Shown piece after piece: positions 46,837 to 56,837 of a stretch of DNA of 63,518 bases. The position numbers and the translations under genes are program-made. Each line of letters begins with the position of its first letter. The first letter of the stretch is position 1. The stretch is from Candidatus Thorarchaeota archaeon (lineage in GTDB: Archaea; Asgardarchaeota; Thorarchaeia; Thorarchaeales; Thorarchaeaceae). The DNA is taken from the NCBI GenBank assembly GCA_019057475.1, contig DXJO01000013.1, positions 1-63,518 of the forward strand, in the 5' to 3' direction. The notes beneath the pieces are model-generated. The model was not told the origin of the DNA, did no database searches, and saw only the letters and a program-made list of their open reading frames with translations.

Positions 46837-47907
46837 GTGCCATCAGGGATTGCCTTCATATCTCACCCGAAGTCCATTCTGCATAGACAGCCCTTTCCAA
46901 GGCCGCATCTTGAGTCCTTTGATAGCCCTATCAGAGTTCAGATGGCTGAGAAGCATCTGTCAGAGAGAGGTATGCTCCAAAAAATGAGTAGAGTGAAAGC
47001 ACCCAAGGCGACTCCGGAGGATGCCCTGCTCGTTCATTCCGCATATCTCGTTGACACTGTTGGGTTGATGTCAGACTTGGGTAGCGGGGAGCTTGGTGAT
47101 GGCGCCTATGCGAGCCCGGACCTTCTGGAAACAGCCCTTATAGCAATGGGAGGCTCTATGAAGGCAGCGGAGATTGTCGTGTCAGAAGAAGCTAGACACG
47201 CATTCGCATTGATGAGACCTCCGGGGCATCATGCGAGTGTGTCAACACCAATGGGGCTCTGCTACTTCAACAACGTAGCAGTCGCAGTGAAACACATCAT
47301 GAAACGCCACGGCATCAAACGTGTATCGATTCTGGACTTCGACGCCCATCATGGAAATGGCACATCCGAGATATTCTACACACATCCTGGAGTCCAGTAC
47401 ATCTCGTTACACGAATATGACTACGAGAACTTCGGACTGGGGCATTACGAGGAGATTGGCTACGGAGAAGGAAAGGGTACAAACATCAACATCCCCTTGC
47501 TTGAAGCGTCTCCTGACGTTTCCTACAAGACGGCAATAGAGAGAGTTGTGCGACCCATTCTTGAATCATTCAAGCCCGAAGTTATTGCCGTTTCAGCGGG
47601 CTACGACCCACACTATGCCGACCCTGTTGGCAATATGAATGTCGACAGCTCGACGTTCTGGGAGTTCGGACACGCTGTCAATGAGGTTGTAAGTGCACTT
47701 GGAGCAAAGGGATCATTCTGGGTTCTTGAGGGGGGGTATAATCCTCTAGTTCTTGGCCCCTGCATTGAAACAAGCCTTCAAGGGTTGCAGGGGAAGAAGA
47801 AAGAGAAATTCGATGATCAAGTTATCCGGGAAGTAAGAGATGAGCTCGTCAACGCCAACAACCAAGTGTTTGACAAAGTCCTAGAAACCCTAGCTCCCTT
47901 CATGTGA
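46837..47907 (+). CDS. Histone deacetylase family protein
   Basis: RPPGHHA, GLCYFNN, DFDAHHGNGT, NIPL, SAGYD, EGGY. Confidence 0.94.
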   Translation: MPSGIAFISHPKSILHRQPFPRPHLESFDSPIRVQMAEKHLSERGMLQKMSRVKAPKATPEDALLVHSAYLVDTVGLMSDLGSGELGDGAYASPDLLETALIAMGGSMKAAEIVVSEEARHAFALMRPPGHHASVSTPMGLCYFNNVAVAVKHIMKRHGIKRVSILDFDAHHGNGTSEIFYTHPGVQYISLHEYDYENFGLGHYEEIGYGEGKGTNINIPLLEASPDVSYKTAIERVVRPILESFKPEVIAVSAGYDPHYADPVGNMNVDSSTFWEFGHAVNEVVSALGAKGSFWVLEGGYNPLVLGPCIETSLQGLQGKKKEKFDDQVIREVRDELVNANNQVFDKVLETLAPFM

Positions 47908-47997
47908 GTATATTTCCTACGCCCCACGCCCTGACGACATGGACAAGATTTTAAGGTCAACGGGCATGGGCGGCTTAAGAACGAGTTACGGTGGAAC

Positions 47998-48297
47998 GTG
48001 GAAGTGGCCAAAAAAAGAAAATCTGGCGGACGCTCGAAAGGCAGCTCCGGCAAGTCCAAAACTGTCCAGTGTTCGAAATGCGGACGTATGATCCCCGTAG
48101 ACAAGGCAAAACGTCACACCAAGCGGGTTTCGCTTGTAGACTATCAGCTTGCGCGAGAACTGAGACAGCAAGGAAGCTTCATACAGACCAAGCAAATCAC
48201 TCAATACTATTGTGTAAGCTGTGCTGTGCATACAGGCAGAGTTCAGATTCGGCAAGCCAGCGAGAGGAAGACTGTACCGCGCCGTCGACGCTATTAG
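47998..48297 (+). CDS. rps26e: 30S ribosomal protein S26e
   Basis: KKRKSGGRSK, VQCSKCGRMIPVDKA, YCVSCAVH. Confidence 0.96.
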   Translation: MEVAKKRKSGGRSKGSSGKSKTVQCSKCGRMIPVDKAKRHTKRVSLVDYQLARELRQQGSFIQTKQITQYYCVSCAVHTGRVQIRQASERKTVPRRRRY

Positions 48298-48376
48298 GCA
48301 AAATTGCAAGATGTCCGTCTATCGAAGTAACCCTACAACAGAAGGCCAATGGAATCTTACCTAGCTGGTACTCCAA

Positions 48377-48970
48377 ATGACCCAACCCACAGGATTGCTC
48401 AGGTTCATACAGGTTTTGCCACAGTCTTCGACTGACGGGAAATTCCTACTTAGGGACTTGCCGGGCTCTGGAAAACGGATAGATATTTTGTGCCGTGTGC
48501 TTGCAGCTTGCTTTGACTGGGGCCCTTCTACATGGCCAAAGTCTCTGTTAGAGTTGACAGCTGTCATTGGAAACGAAATTATCTTGACATTTCGCCATTC
48601 AGGGAAAGATCAAGTAAAAGGGGAACCTCAATGGGGCTCAATAATCAGAGATGCGCTGAAAGGCCACTTGTCTGGTAATGTCATTGTCAAGCATTCATCT
48701 CTTCACGATTTTATCGCTGAGCTGCTAGCATCTGCAGGTTCTCAGCTGTGGGTCCTAGAAGAGGACGGCATATCCATCTCCAGATGTATTAGCAATGACG
48801 GGGCATCACAAAGCAGTTTTATTGTCGGAAACCATAGAGGCTTCGATTCAGGGACACAGCGAGTCATTGATAACTGCAACATACCGAGTGTATCGCTCGG
48901 AGCAGCTAGTTATCTGAGTAGCCACTGTATAGCTGCTGTAATCTCAGAGTTTGAAAGGATGATTGAATAA
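48377..48970 (+). CDS. trmY: tRNA (pseudouridine54-N1)-methyltransferase, SPOUT fold
   Basis: DLPGSGKRIDILCR, LEEDG, FIVGNHRG, VSLG..YLSSHCI. Confidence 0.85.
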   Translation: MTQPTGLLRFIQVLPQSSTDGKFLLRDLPGSGKRIDILCRVLAACFDWGPSTWPKSLLELTAVIGNEIILTFRHSGKDQVKGEPQWGSIIRDALKGHLSGNVIVKHSSLHDFIAELLASAGSQLWVLEEDGISISRCISNDGASQSSFIVGNHRGFDSGTQRVIDNCNIPSVSLGAASYLSSHCIAAVISEFERMIE

Positions 48971-49320
48971 TGCCAGAGAGTATTCATTCAAAAGAGGAAT
49001 CTAAGGCTATCAAGCGATTAACAGATAAGTTGACAAAGGAGATGCTGTGGGTTTACATTCTTCGACTCCTTCAGGAGAGACCCCTCTACGGATACGAGAT
49101 AAAGCATCTAATAACTCAGAGATTTGCCTTCTCTCCTGCTACTGTCAGCGGCTATGCAATCATTTACAGATTAGTCAGGGATGATCTCATAGAGGCTCAG
49201 AAGCGCGGTGACTCCCCCAGAAAGTACTACACTATCACAGAGAATGGACGTCAAGCAATGAGAGAGGCGAAGGTCTTTCTCGAAAGGACGTTGGGAACGG
49301 TCTTTGACCTAACTGAATGA
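48970..49320 (+). CDS. PadR family transcriptional regulator
   Basis: ILRLLQERPLYGYEI, Y..L...DLI, RKYYTITENG. Confidence 0.92.
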   Translation: MPESIHSKEESKAIKRLTDKLTKEMLWVYILRLLQERPLYGYEIKHLITQRFAFSPATVSGYAIIYRLVRDDLIEAQKRGDSPRKYYTITENGRQAMREAKVFLERTLGTVFDLTE

Positions 49321-49516
49321 CTGTTCAGCAGGCATGCAAGTCAATGCATTTGTGGTCGATCTGCAATTATCCCAGTGCGCTCCTGTAGGTTCGCCCCATA
49401 TCTACAGCGCTCCCCGAGATAATCCGGTCTACACTATGGAAATACGATGTATCAAATACGTTGCATTGTGAACTCCCGATGACAACGATATCAAATGTCG
49501 GGTGATTTACTGCTTT

Positions 49517-50176
49517 CTAACTCCCCCCAATGACCTTACGAGCATATGCGAGACGCTGAACGACAGTAAAATGTGACAGTACACCTACTACAACGATGCA
49601 GATCGTGAGAATGTTCCAGATTTGAAGGGAGAGGAACAGATCAAACGCCCACATGGGAATGGAGGAGCTATAACCCATCCAGCCATCGACTGTGTCAACG
49701 GCCAGAAGAAGAATCCCAACCACTGTGATGAGGAGTTTTTCTTGGCGCTCGGCAATGCCTACAGCGCAATCTTTCATGCCGCCCACAGATTCAGCTTTCG
49801 CGCGGGTAAAGCTAGCCATCAACATCCCGAATAGAGCAAAGTACCCCCAGAACCAAGGCACGAATCCACCCATCATAAGACCCAGCATGAACAGAAACTC
49901 AGCATAGCGGTCCAACGTATGGTCAAATGTTGCCCCAAATCGTGAGATGAGATTCGCAGCGCGCGCTACTGCACCATCGAACATGTCCATAACTACTGTG
50001 AACACCATTAGCGCAAGACCCACCAGAAGGTCACCCAAGTAGAAGAAATAGGCACTAAACAAGGCGATTACTAACGTCAGTGCAGTGATCATGTTTGGAG
50101 TGATTCCAGTGCGCGCCAATGCGCTTCCTACGGGCGTCATGGCTTTCTGATAGCGTTCTCTGAGTTTGCCTAACAT
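49517..50176 (-). CDS. CDP-alcohol phosphatidyltransferase (probable archaetidylinositol phosphate synthase)
   Basis: ITPNMIT, DMFDGAVAR, GATFDHTLDRYAE, SFTRAKAE, GIAERQE; ATG 50176. Confidence 0.88.
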   Translation of the reverse strand: MLGKLRERYQKAMTPVGSALARTGITPNMITALTLVIALFSAYFFYLGDLLVGLALMVFTVVMDMFDGAVARAANLISRFGATFDHTLDRYAEFLFMLGLMMGGFVPWFWGYFALFGMLMASFTRAKAESVGGMKDCAVGIAERQEKLLITVVGILLLAVDTVDGWMGYSSSIPMWAFDLFLSLQIWNILTICIVVVGVLSHFTVVQRLAYARKVIGGS

Positions 50177-50253
50177 GGAATTCACATATCCAAATAGATG
50201 GCCGGAATCGTGCAAAGTTGGTGTGTTAATAAACGTGTTGTGGAATTTTCACT

Positions 50254-51921
50254 CTACAGAATGCTCGCAATTCGGTCGGCCACCCATCCTCGTCCAAGAG
50301 TGCTGATGAATGGAGCAAGACGTGGTCCAGACTTGCGAGAGATGAGTATGCGATATATCACCACAAACGCCCTTCGATCCTTTATTCCAACTCCGCGGGC
50401 GGCTTCGAATATCGCTGACTGTAGGCTATCTTCGTCCAGATCCTTATGGTGCAATAGCTCCACTACTTTGGCCAGAAACTCTCTGTCAGGGTCAGTCAAT
50501 GTGCTGAGGACATCTTGAGAAACTTCCTCCGTAATCTCTATCCTATCGCGTTCAGAACCATACCCACGAACCCAGTACAGCGCGCGCTCCAATCTAGGCT
50601 CAATGAGAGCCTTTGCTTCTTGAGGTACTTCTTCCAAGCCGTACTGTTTTTTCAAGGCCTGCTCGCACTTTTCGAGTGTCGCTTCGTGCCCGAGAATGTC
50701 TGCTAGCTGAGATATGACAGTCGCGAACTTGAATGGAAGTTTCGGTATGTATTCTGGAGATAAGTCCCCAGACAGACATAGAGGATAGACTAGTTGTGCG
50801 AGTTCGCGTCTGGTTTCATTGGCATCTTCAACACCATAATAGACGCGCTCAAACCTCTCGTACTCATCAATCATATCAGGGATTCGCTCAGGTTGAATAT
50901 TGATTGCGCGAGTAAGGTCAGTCTTCAATAGCAAATATCTGTAGAGCTCTGGTGGGGCAATTGATAGCCAGACACGGGGAGTGAAGACAATGCCCTCGGA
51001 GGTGCTCATGTCACGTCCTCCAATACGTACCCATTCGTAAGGCACCTTGACAGGCCCAGGCCAATCAAATACTCTCCGAGAAACTTCGAGCCCAGTGTCA
51101 TACGATCCTCCCTTGACTGAATGGTCCTTGCCAGCCGGTTCGCAGGTTACATTGAGAACATGCCATTTGGCGGGCCAGTCGACTCTCCATACCAATTTAA
51201 TCCGAAGTCTGTCAAGAGTGACCTCATCTGAGTGCCCACAGGCTTGACACTCGAATGAAACCATGTCACTTTCAGGATTGTAGGACGTTATTCTGTTCGG
51301 AGTTATTGCTCCTTTTGCACCTGCCTGAAGATGCCCACACTTGGGACAGACCACAGATGCGGGATACCAGTTCTTCATTGATTCGATGTATCGTTCTTTC
51401 TGCTCTTCATTGAAGTCATTGGCAACATACTCAATCATTATGTCCCGGATTACCTCTGTGTGTTTCAAGCAGATGCGGACAGCATCTTGCATCTCAGGCG
51501 TTTCATACAGCTTCGAGGTCCAGATTATCTCAGGATTGACCCCGAAAGCATCAAAGGTCTCTATGAGTTCATTCGCGTAATGAGCCCCGAAACTACCACA
51601 ACATCCAAACTCGTCAACGACGTCTGAATATGGTATGCCGACCCAATCCTCTAGATTGAGGGAAACCGACGCGGGGAACGAACGTACGGGATCATAGTCA
51701 TCGACCACGAACATCGTGCGTGCATCATTTCCTGTTCGAACGAGCTCTCTCTTGATCACATCAGCAATTATGATCTCTCTCATGATGCCAATGTGAATGC
51801 TTCCGCTCGGGCTTTTTCCTGTGGATATCAAAAATACTGCAGCGTTTCTTTTGAGAACCTCTTCAGTCACATCTCGGATCCAATGGATGGAGAACTCTTC
51901 TTCCGGAGCTTCGCTAGTCAT
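50254..51921 (-). CDS. lysS: Lysine--tRNA ligase, class I
   Basis: TGKSPSGSIHIG, KLVWRVDWP, EPAGKDH, MSTSEG, SGPRLA. Confidence 0.96.
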   Translation of the reverse strand: MTSEAPEEEFSIHWIRDVTEEVLKRNAAVFLISTGKSPSGSIHIGIMREIIIADVIKRELVRTGNDARTMFVVDDYDPVRSFPASVSLNLEDWVGIPYSDVVDEFGCCGSFGAHYANELIETFDAFGVNPEIIWTSKLYETPEMQDAVRICLKHTEVIRDIMIEYVANDFNEEQKERYIESMKNWYPASVVCPKCGHLQAGAKGAITPNRITSYNPESDMVSFECQACGHSDEVTLDRLRIKLVWRVDWPAKWHVLNVTCEPAGKDHSVKGGSYDTGLEVSRRVFDWPGPVKVPYEWVRIGGRDMSTSEGIVFTPRVWLSIAPPELYRYLLLKTDLTRAINIQPERIPDMIDEYERFERVYYGVEDANETRRELAQLVYPLCLSGDLSPEYIPKLPFKFATVISQLADILGHEATLEKCEQALKKQYGLEEVPQEAKALIEPRLERALYWVRGYGSERDRIEITEEVSQDVLSTLTDPDREFLAKVVELLHHKDLDEDSLQSAIFEAARGVGIKDRRAFVVIYRILISRKSGPRLAPFISTLGRGWVADRIASIL

Positions 51922-51970
51922 AGGGGATTCCTGCTGGCATTCACTGACTTTCTCTAAAGAACGTTGTCCC

Positions 51971-53824
51971 TTAAACGGCGAATTCCGATACTCTGAGGTC
52001 TCTATGGCTCATGAATAAGAGGAACACAGGCATAGTCGACAGCACCACTACTATGAGCATTGACATTAGCATGATAGCAATAGCCGTTGGGAGATATAGT
52101 AGCGAAGGAACTGCAGCTTCGGGCACCAGGAAGTAGATGCTGAATAGTGTCGCTACTAAAACCGCTGGAAGGCCAGCAGTGAGCCCGACTCCAACCCCTT
52201 CTGCAATCATTGTCCTTGCAATAAATGAAGGCTTCGCACCAATTGACTTCATAATCACATAGTCTCGAAATCTGCCAAATACTGAAACCAGTAGATAGTT
52301 CATCAAGCTCAGGAATGCACTGAGGAGTGCTATCAATGGTAGTGGCTGTAGCAGACTCCAAAAGGCGCCAAGGGTTTTCAAATTGCTTTCAAGAACCTCT
52401 TGCTGTAGGAAAATTCCAAATCCGGTCTCACCCGATACAAGCGACTGAATTCGTGAAATCATGGATGGGGAGTAGTCTTCCACTTGCACTAGAACGAGAT
52501 TACTCTCTGCTATGCCATAGAGCTGCTGCATAATGGAGATATCCATGAGAGTTATGTTGCCACCGTTGATAACATCAAAGGCTATCGCCTTGACCTCGAA
52601 TGAGGACCCATGAACTCCAAGACTCTGTATGAGAGGGTCCTCAAAAAGCGTGTCCGCCATCCCCCCACCAATCCACACTTGTTGAGAGGAATTTGTTTCA
52701 TCACCGTAGTAATACCAATCGGATACTGTATTGTCCCAATCCAAACCGACAACGAGCGCCTCTCCAACCCTCGAATCCCCGATGAGTTCGTACTGTCCAA
52801 GATTATCATTCCAGAGAGCTTTGGCAATCTCTGAAACCGTCGCATAGTCCACTAGTCGCTGTTCAACTCGTGAAACTCCAGAGAGGGCTTCCAAGTCCGC
52901 TATGAGTGTGGAAGGCACCATGTACGGTGCGTCGATGAAACTGAAGGATTCGTTGAGCATAGAACCTGTCAGAGAATACGCATCATAGTATTGAGCTAGG
53001 AGATCTGGATTGCCGACAGCTATAACGTTTGTTCCCATAGATCGTGAAATGTAGGCGTCGGTAGTTGTATCGACAATCCCTCCGCCAATCCAAAGCAGGG
53101 ATGCCAGAGAAAAGCTTAGGAAGAGCGAGAGGGTGGTTCTTCGCGTACCCTTGATTCGCCGTCCGGTGGCCTTTGTGGCAATCTTGAAGGGAAGCCCGAA
53201 GCTATCAAGGAAACCATGCTTCTTGACCTTCATACCAACGTTGGGATTCAGTGCATCAATGGGAGTTTCATGAACAGTAGAGTAGATAGGTTGTTGCGCT
53301 GAAAAGTATCCAATGAGTAGATAGACGCCGCTAAGAAGAGCCACCTGAAGCACTGGATACTGAAATGTGAACTGTGCGTTGGGGAGCACAGAGGCGAGCC
53401 AGATAAGCCCGGCAAAGTATAGCAGGGTTCCAGCGGTGACTCCAAGTGCCACCCCTCCGGCTAACAGTATCACCGCTTGTGTCATGAAATGGTCAAATAT
53501 CGTGTCCATCAAAGTTCCGATAGCCTTCATTAATCCAATATCCTTCCTTCTGCTCACCATTTCCAAAGAGATTGTGCTTGAAACAACCACAGTGCCCAAA
53601 ACAAAGACCAACAGCAAGACCGACCAAATGAAGGTTTCAAAGAATACCCGCATGGATGATGCTGATGGAGTCGATGTCAGGAGTGTTGTCACGTCCAACA
53701 ACACATTCCCAAACAGGAAGAGGAATGTTGTCGAAGCCACGACACTGGAAATAGAGAGAAGTGCAAGAGCTGTACGAAATGGTCTGCGTCTGAGATCCTG
53801 CGATGCGTAATCTTGTTCAGACAT
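51971..53824 (-). CDS. FtsX/MacB-like ABC permease with two FtsX domains
   Basis: RRKDIGLMKAIG and RFRDYVIMKSIGA; extracellular domain before the second repeat. Confidence 0.88.
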   Translation of the reverse strand: MSEQDYASQDLRRRPFRTALALLSISSVVASTTFLFLFGNVLLDVTTLLTSTPSASSMRVFFETFIWSVLLLVFVLGTVVVSSTISLEMVSRRKDIGLMKAIGTLMDTIFDHFMTQAVILLAGGVALGVTAGTLLYFAGLIWLASVLPNAQFTFQYPVLQVALLSGVYLLIGYFSAQQPIYSTVHETPIDALNPNVGMKVKKHGFLDSFGLPFKIATKATGRRIKGTRRTTLSLFLSFSLASLLWIGGGIVDTTTDAYISRSMGTNVIAVGNPDLLAQYYDAYSLTGSMLNESFSFIDAPYMVPSTLIADLEALSGVSRVEQRLVDYATVSEIAKALWNDNLGQYELIGDSRVGEALVVGLDWDNTVSDWYYYGDETNSSQQVWIGGGMADTLFEDPLIQSLGVHGSSFEVKAIAFDVINGGNITLMDISIMQQLYGIAESNLVLVQVEDYSPSMISRIQSLVSGETGFGIFLQQEVLESNLKTLGAFWSLLQPLPLIALLSAFLSLMNYLLVSVFGRFRDYVIMKSIGAKPSFIARTMIAEGVGVGLTAGLPAVLVATLFSIYFLVPEAAVPSLLYLPTAIAIMLMSMLIVVVLSTMPVFLLFMSHRDLRVSEFAV

Positions 53825-54566
53825 CGCTCAGCAACTCTCCTTGTGACATTCTGAAGCGGCGCACTTCCGGCACCGAGAAAATCTTCTCATCGTGCGTCAT
53901 GACGATAACTGCTTTGCCTCCGTTGTTGAGATTGCGTAGTATTGCCCGGACCATTTCCGCACTCACTTCGTCCAAATTTGCCGTCGGTTCGTCTGCAAGA
54001 ATGATTGGAGGGTCGTTTGCCATTGCTCGCGCTAGGGCGACCCTTTGTTGCTCTCCAGAACTCAACTGCCAAGGCAGGTGATCCAATCTGTCCTTCATGT
54101 CAACCATTTCAAGCAGGCGGTGAGCCTCTGCATTCAGCTCTGGGATTGGTTTGGAAGATAGCTGCATGGGAAACATGACATTCTCAATTGCAGTCAATGT
54201 AGAGATTAGATTATAGCTCTGGAACATGTAGCCAGTGTTCTGAAGTCGGAACGTAGCCCTAAAGGACTCATCATAATCCTCTATTGGAACATCCATAACG
54301 TGGATCCGGCCCTCCGTAACTGAGTCTATTGCCCCAATTATATTCAGAAGTGTCGTCTTTCCCGATCCTGAATGCCCTGAAATAACAATGTAGTCCCCCA
54401 TGCCAACCTCAAGACTGACACCGCGGACTGCATCAATTTTTCTTTTGCCTAACGTGTAGGTTCGTGACACATTTACGAGCAGCACCGCGTGGCGTACTTC
54501 GTCTAACCCTTCAACATCAAGCTCATCATGGGCCTTATCGGCTCCTAGGATAGTATCTTCATCCAT
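53817..54566 (-). CDS. ABC ATP-binding protein (LolD type)
   Basis: GHSGSGKTT, LSSGEQQR, ADEPTANLD, MTHD. Confidence 0.94.
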   Translation of the reverse strand: MDEDTILGADKAHDELDVEGLDEVRHAVLLVNVSRTYTLGKRKIDAVRGVSLEVGMGDYIVISGHSGSGKTTLLNIIGAIDSVTEGRIHVMDVPIEDYDESFRATFRLQNTGYMFQSYNLISTLTAIENVMFPMQLSSKPIPELNAEAHRLLEMVDMKDRLDHLPWQLSSGEQQRVALARAMANDPPIILADEPTANLDEVSAEMVRAILRNLNNGGKAVIVMTHDEKIFSVPEVRRFRMSQGELLSDV

Positions 54567-54702
54567 TCCCTTTCACGCTCATCACGAATTACTACATCAA
54601 TGATACAGCTCTGAGGCATTCGCGCCGGGCATCTGAGTTGTAGCTTATGTTTAGGAATCCCAAGGGGATGTGAAGATAAGCTTAGAGGTTCGACTCGAGA
54701 TG

Positions 54703-55467
54703 CTATACCAGAGCGAAGTTCGTCAACGCAGAGTGAGCCCATGACGCCAAGATCATGGGCCTTTCGCGTCCAAACACTCGAATCGTGTTCAGCACTCCTA
54801 AGGAGAGAAGATTGCTGATATAGTACGAAACCAGGCTCTTGTCAAGAGACAATGTCCTGCTCAGCTCAGCCTGGGTAACTCGACCATTCTTCATGCACTC
54901 AAAGAGAATCGAGGCAACTGTCGAGTTCCTTGACATAGCTGTCAGTCGCAGGACCTGCTCATCGTCGGAGAACTCAGGTAGGAAGAAGTGCCTAGAGTTG
55001 CCGTTCTTGAGAGAGGTTATGTAGCCACCCCGTTCTAGATGCTTCAGATGATATTGAAGAGCCCCCATAGCGCATCCCAGATAACGTCGCAGCTCACGCA
55101 AGTGTATACCAGGGTTGGAGGCGATTTCATCAACTATGCGGTCTCGCAGCTTTGGTGGGCTTTTCTCATCTCGTCGCGAGATTGATACGGTGCCCGCAGC
55201 GAGAACAAAGATGCAGGATGGAGTGTAGAGCTTAGCGATGACTCCGGGGAGGAGCACAGCCGTCCCGCCGCTCACTGGTGCGGCAAGGACTTGAAAATCA
55301 ATGAATACTGTTTCCGAAGATCCAGAGAACGAAAGATCCTGGACTGCAACGTCCGGACCAGTTGGGATTGAATTGAAGAGAAGCATACTAGCGACTCCAG
55401 TAAGAACGAGTGTTAGAGTCACAGCCAGTACGGCTTTTCTAGTACGGTCTCCCATGATTCTGCCCAT
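54703..55467 (-). CDS. Membrane-anchored double winged-helix transcriptional regulator
   Basis: N-terminal TM; NPGIHLRELRRYLG...LQYHLKHLE; TQAELSRTL...VSYYISNL. Confidence 0.82.
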   Translation of the reverse strand: MGRIMGDRTRKAVLAVTLTLVLTGVASMLLFNSIPTGPDVAVQDLSFSGSSETVFIDFQVLAAPVSGGTAVLLPGVIAKLYTPSCIFVLAAGTVSISRRDEKSPPKLRDRIVDEIASNPGIHLRELRRYLGCAMGALQYHLKHLERGGYITSLKNGNSRHFFLPEFSDDEQVLRLTAMSRNSTVASILFECMKNGRVTQAELSRTLSLDKSLVSYYISNLLSLGVLNTIRVFGRERPMILASWAHSALTNFALV

Positions 55468-55717
55468 CTGGAATACGCTCAGAATCCAGTTAAAGACTGT
55501 GTTTGTGGTAAGGATGTACTAGCTCATTTGTTACTGTTCATTGTAAGTTGTACAGAGTCAGACGCAGGAGTCTAGTACGTCCAGAGGGCGGCACTGGACT
55601 ACTCCGTGAGGAAACTTCCCAGTTATGTCATATTCCTCAGAGTTCAATGCCGTATGGTCTACATGAAACCCACAATAGAATTATCCAGGTATTGTCCAGC
55701 TTTGCTGCAGCTGTTTG

Positions 55718-56263
55718 TTACCCGCGGGCCGGATATGTCATCGTAATTCTGAACGTACATGCCTTGTGGCCTACCGACATGCAGGTGTCCTCGATGACAT
55801 CAAGCTTCTCGAATGTGATCCTATTGAAGTCAATTAAATACTCCAAGACCGCTTCAATGAATCCCTTCAAGAAGTGACAGGAGGGTTCAGCGCTCTCGTA
55901 ACCTGAGGCATAAGGATTGTCCTCAATCTCTATGATTGCCTCCTCGTCCAGCCAAAGCTTGTAGAGCTTCGCAATCTTAATGTCGCCGAATGGTACAATG
56001 AGCGTTTCAAGTGCAAGTTTGATGAACTCGATAATCCCCTTGAAATCACCTGGAGGCTTTTGTTTCCCCAATTTGAAATACTCACGCTGTGTTTCAAGAC
56101 CGGCCAAACGACCTGCGCTGTAGTAGAGCGTAGCAGTCTTTTCAGGAAACATGACCATGATTCTACTGCCAAGCTTGTTCCAAGTTTTCGAGAAGAAGGC
56201 TTGCATTAGTTGGCGATCTTTCAGCTTACCTTTCCACCACGGAATTACTTCTCTATCGGGCAT
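55718..56263 (-). CDS. V4R domain protein
   Basis: LYYSAGRLAG, NPYA, PSCHFLKGFIEA, EDTCMSVGHKACTF. Confidence 0.85.
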   Translation of the reverse strand: MPDREVIPWWKGKLKDRQLMQAFFSKTWNKLGSRIMVMFPEKTATLYYSAGRLAGLETQREYFKLGKQKPPGDFKGIIEFIKLALETLIVPFGDIKIAKLYKLWLDEEAIIEIEDNPYASGYESAEPSCHFLKGFIEAVLEYLIDFNRITFEKLDVIEDTCMSVGHKACTFRITMTYPARG

Positions 56264-56332
56264 CTGAATTGCTCCAGTTGGAGTTTACTCTCCGGGGGTT
56301 GTTAAGTGCTTTGTGCTGATATAACGGTGAGA

Positions 56333-56809
56333 TCACCATACGAGGCGTACGTTCCAAGTGCAAACGTCGGCCCCGGTAGCGCGACACATCTCCTGAAAGA
56401 CCTTGGACTCTACGCCCTTAAACTCAAGAATAGATTCGAGAATGCCACTGAAGATTTCACAGTAGCCGAAGCCGCGCATCCCCTCGAGATGCACATCTTG
56501 GCACCACAAGCAGTCTTTGTCAGTCACACGAACAGAACCACGAGCCGTTTCCATGTCTACATTGGAGGGCTTCTTGCCAAAGAGACTCTTGAATACAACG
56601 TCCATCAGCTTAGCGACATCTTCCCTAGTGGATACGGTGTCCTTCGTCTTGTCGACTATCTCGGTAGTGAGGTACACCTGTGAGCCAATCTCACGGCCAA
56701 GGTCACGCAAGCGCTGATTTGCATCTTCAATGTTAGCTGTACTAGATAGTACTTCTTCGACGTATTTTGAATATAGGGTGAGAAGTAAGGGATTCTGTAT
56801 CTTCGCCAT
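56333..56809 (-). CDS. Bet3/TRAPPC3-like (V4R fold) protein
   Basis: LLLTLY..YVEEVL...EDANQRLRDLGREIG; VFKSLFGKKP; YCEIFSGILESILE; CRATGADVC. Confidence 0.8.
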   Translation of the reverse strand: MAKIQNPLLLTLYSKYVEEVLSSTANIEDANQRLRDLGREIGSQVYLTTEIVDKTKDTVSTREDVAKLMDVVFKSLFGKKPSNVDMETARGSVRVTDKDCLWCQDVHLEGMRGFGYCEIFSGILESILEFKGVESKVFQEMCRATGADVCTWNVRLVW

Positions 56810-56837
56810 TGAACTCTGACCTCAGATGGTTAGTCAC

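Noticed and set aside
55607-55680. GAGGAAACTTCC...AATAGAA as a minimal RNase P RNA
   Set aside because: Far too short and P4 cannot form; GAGGAA pairs locally with TTCCTC
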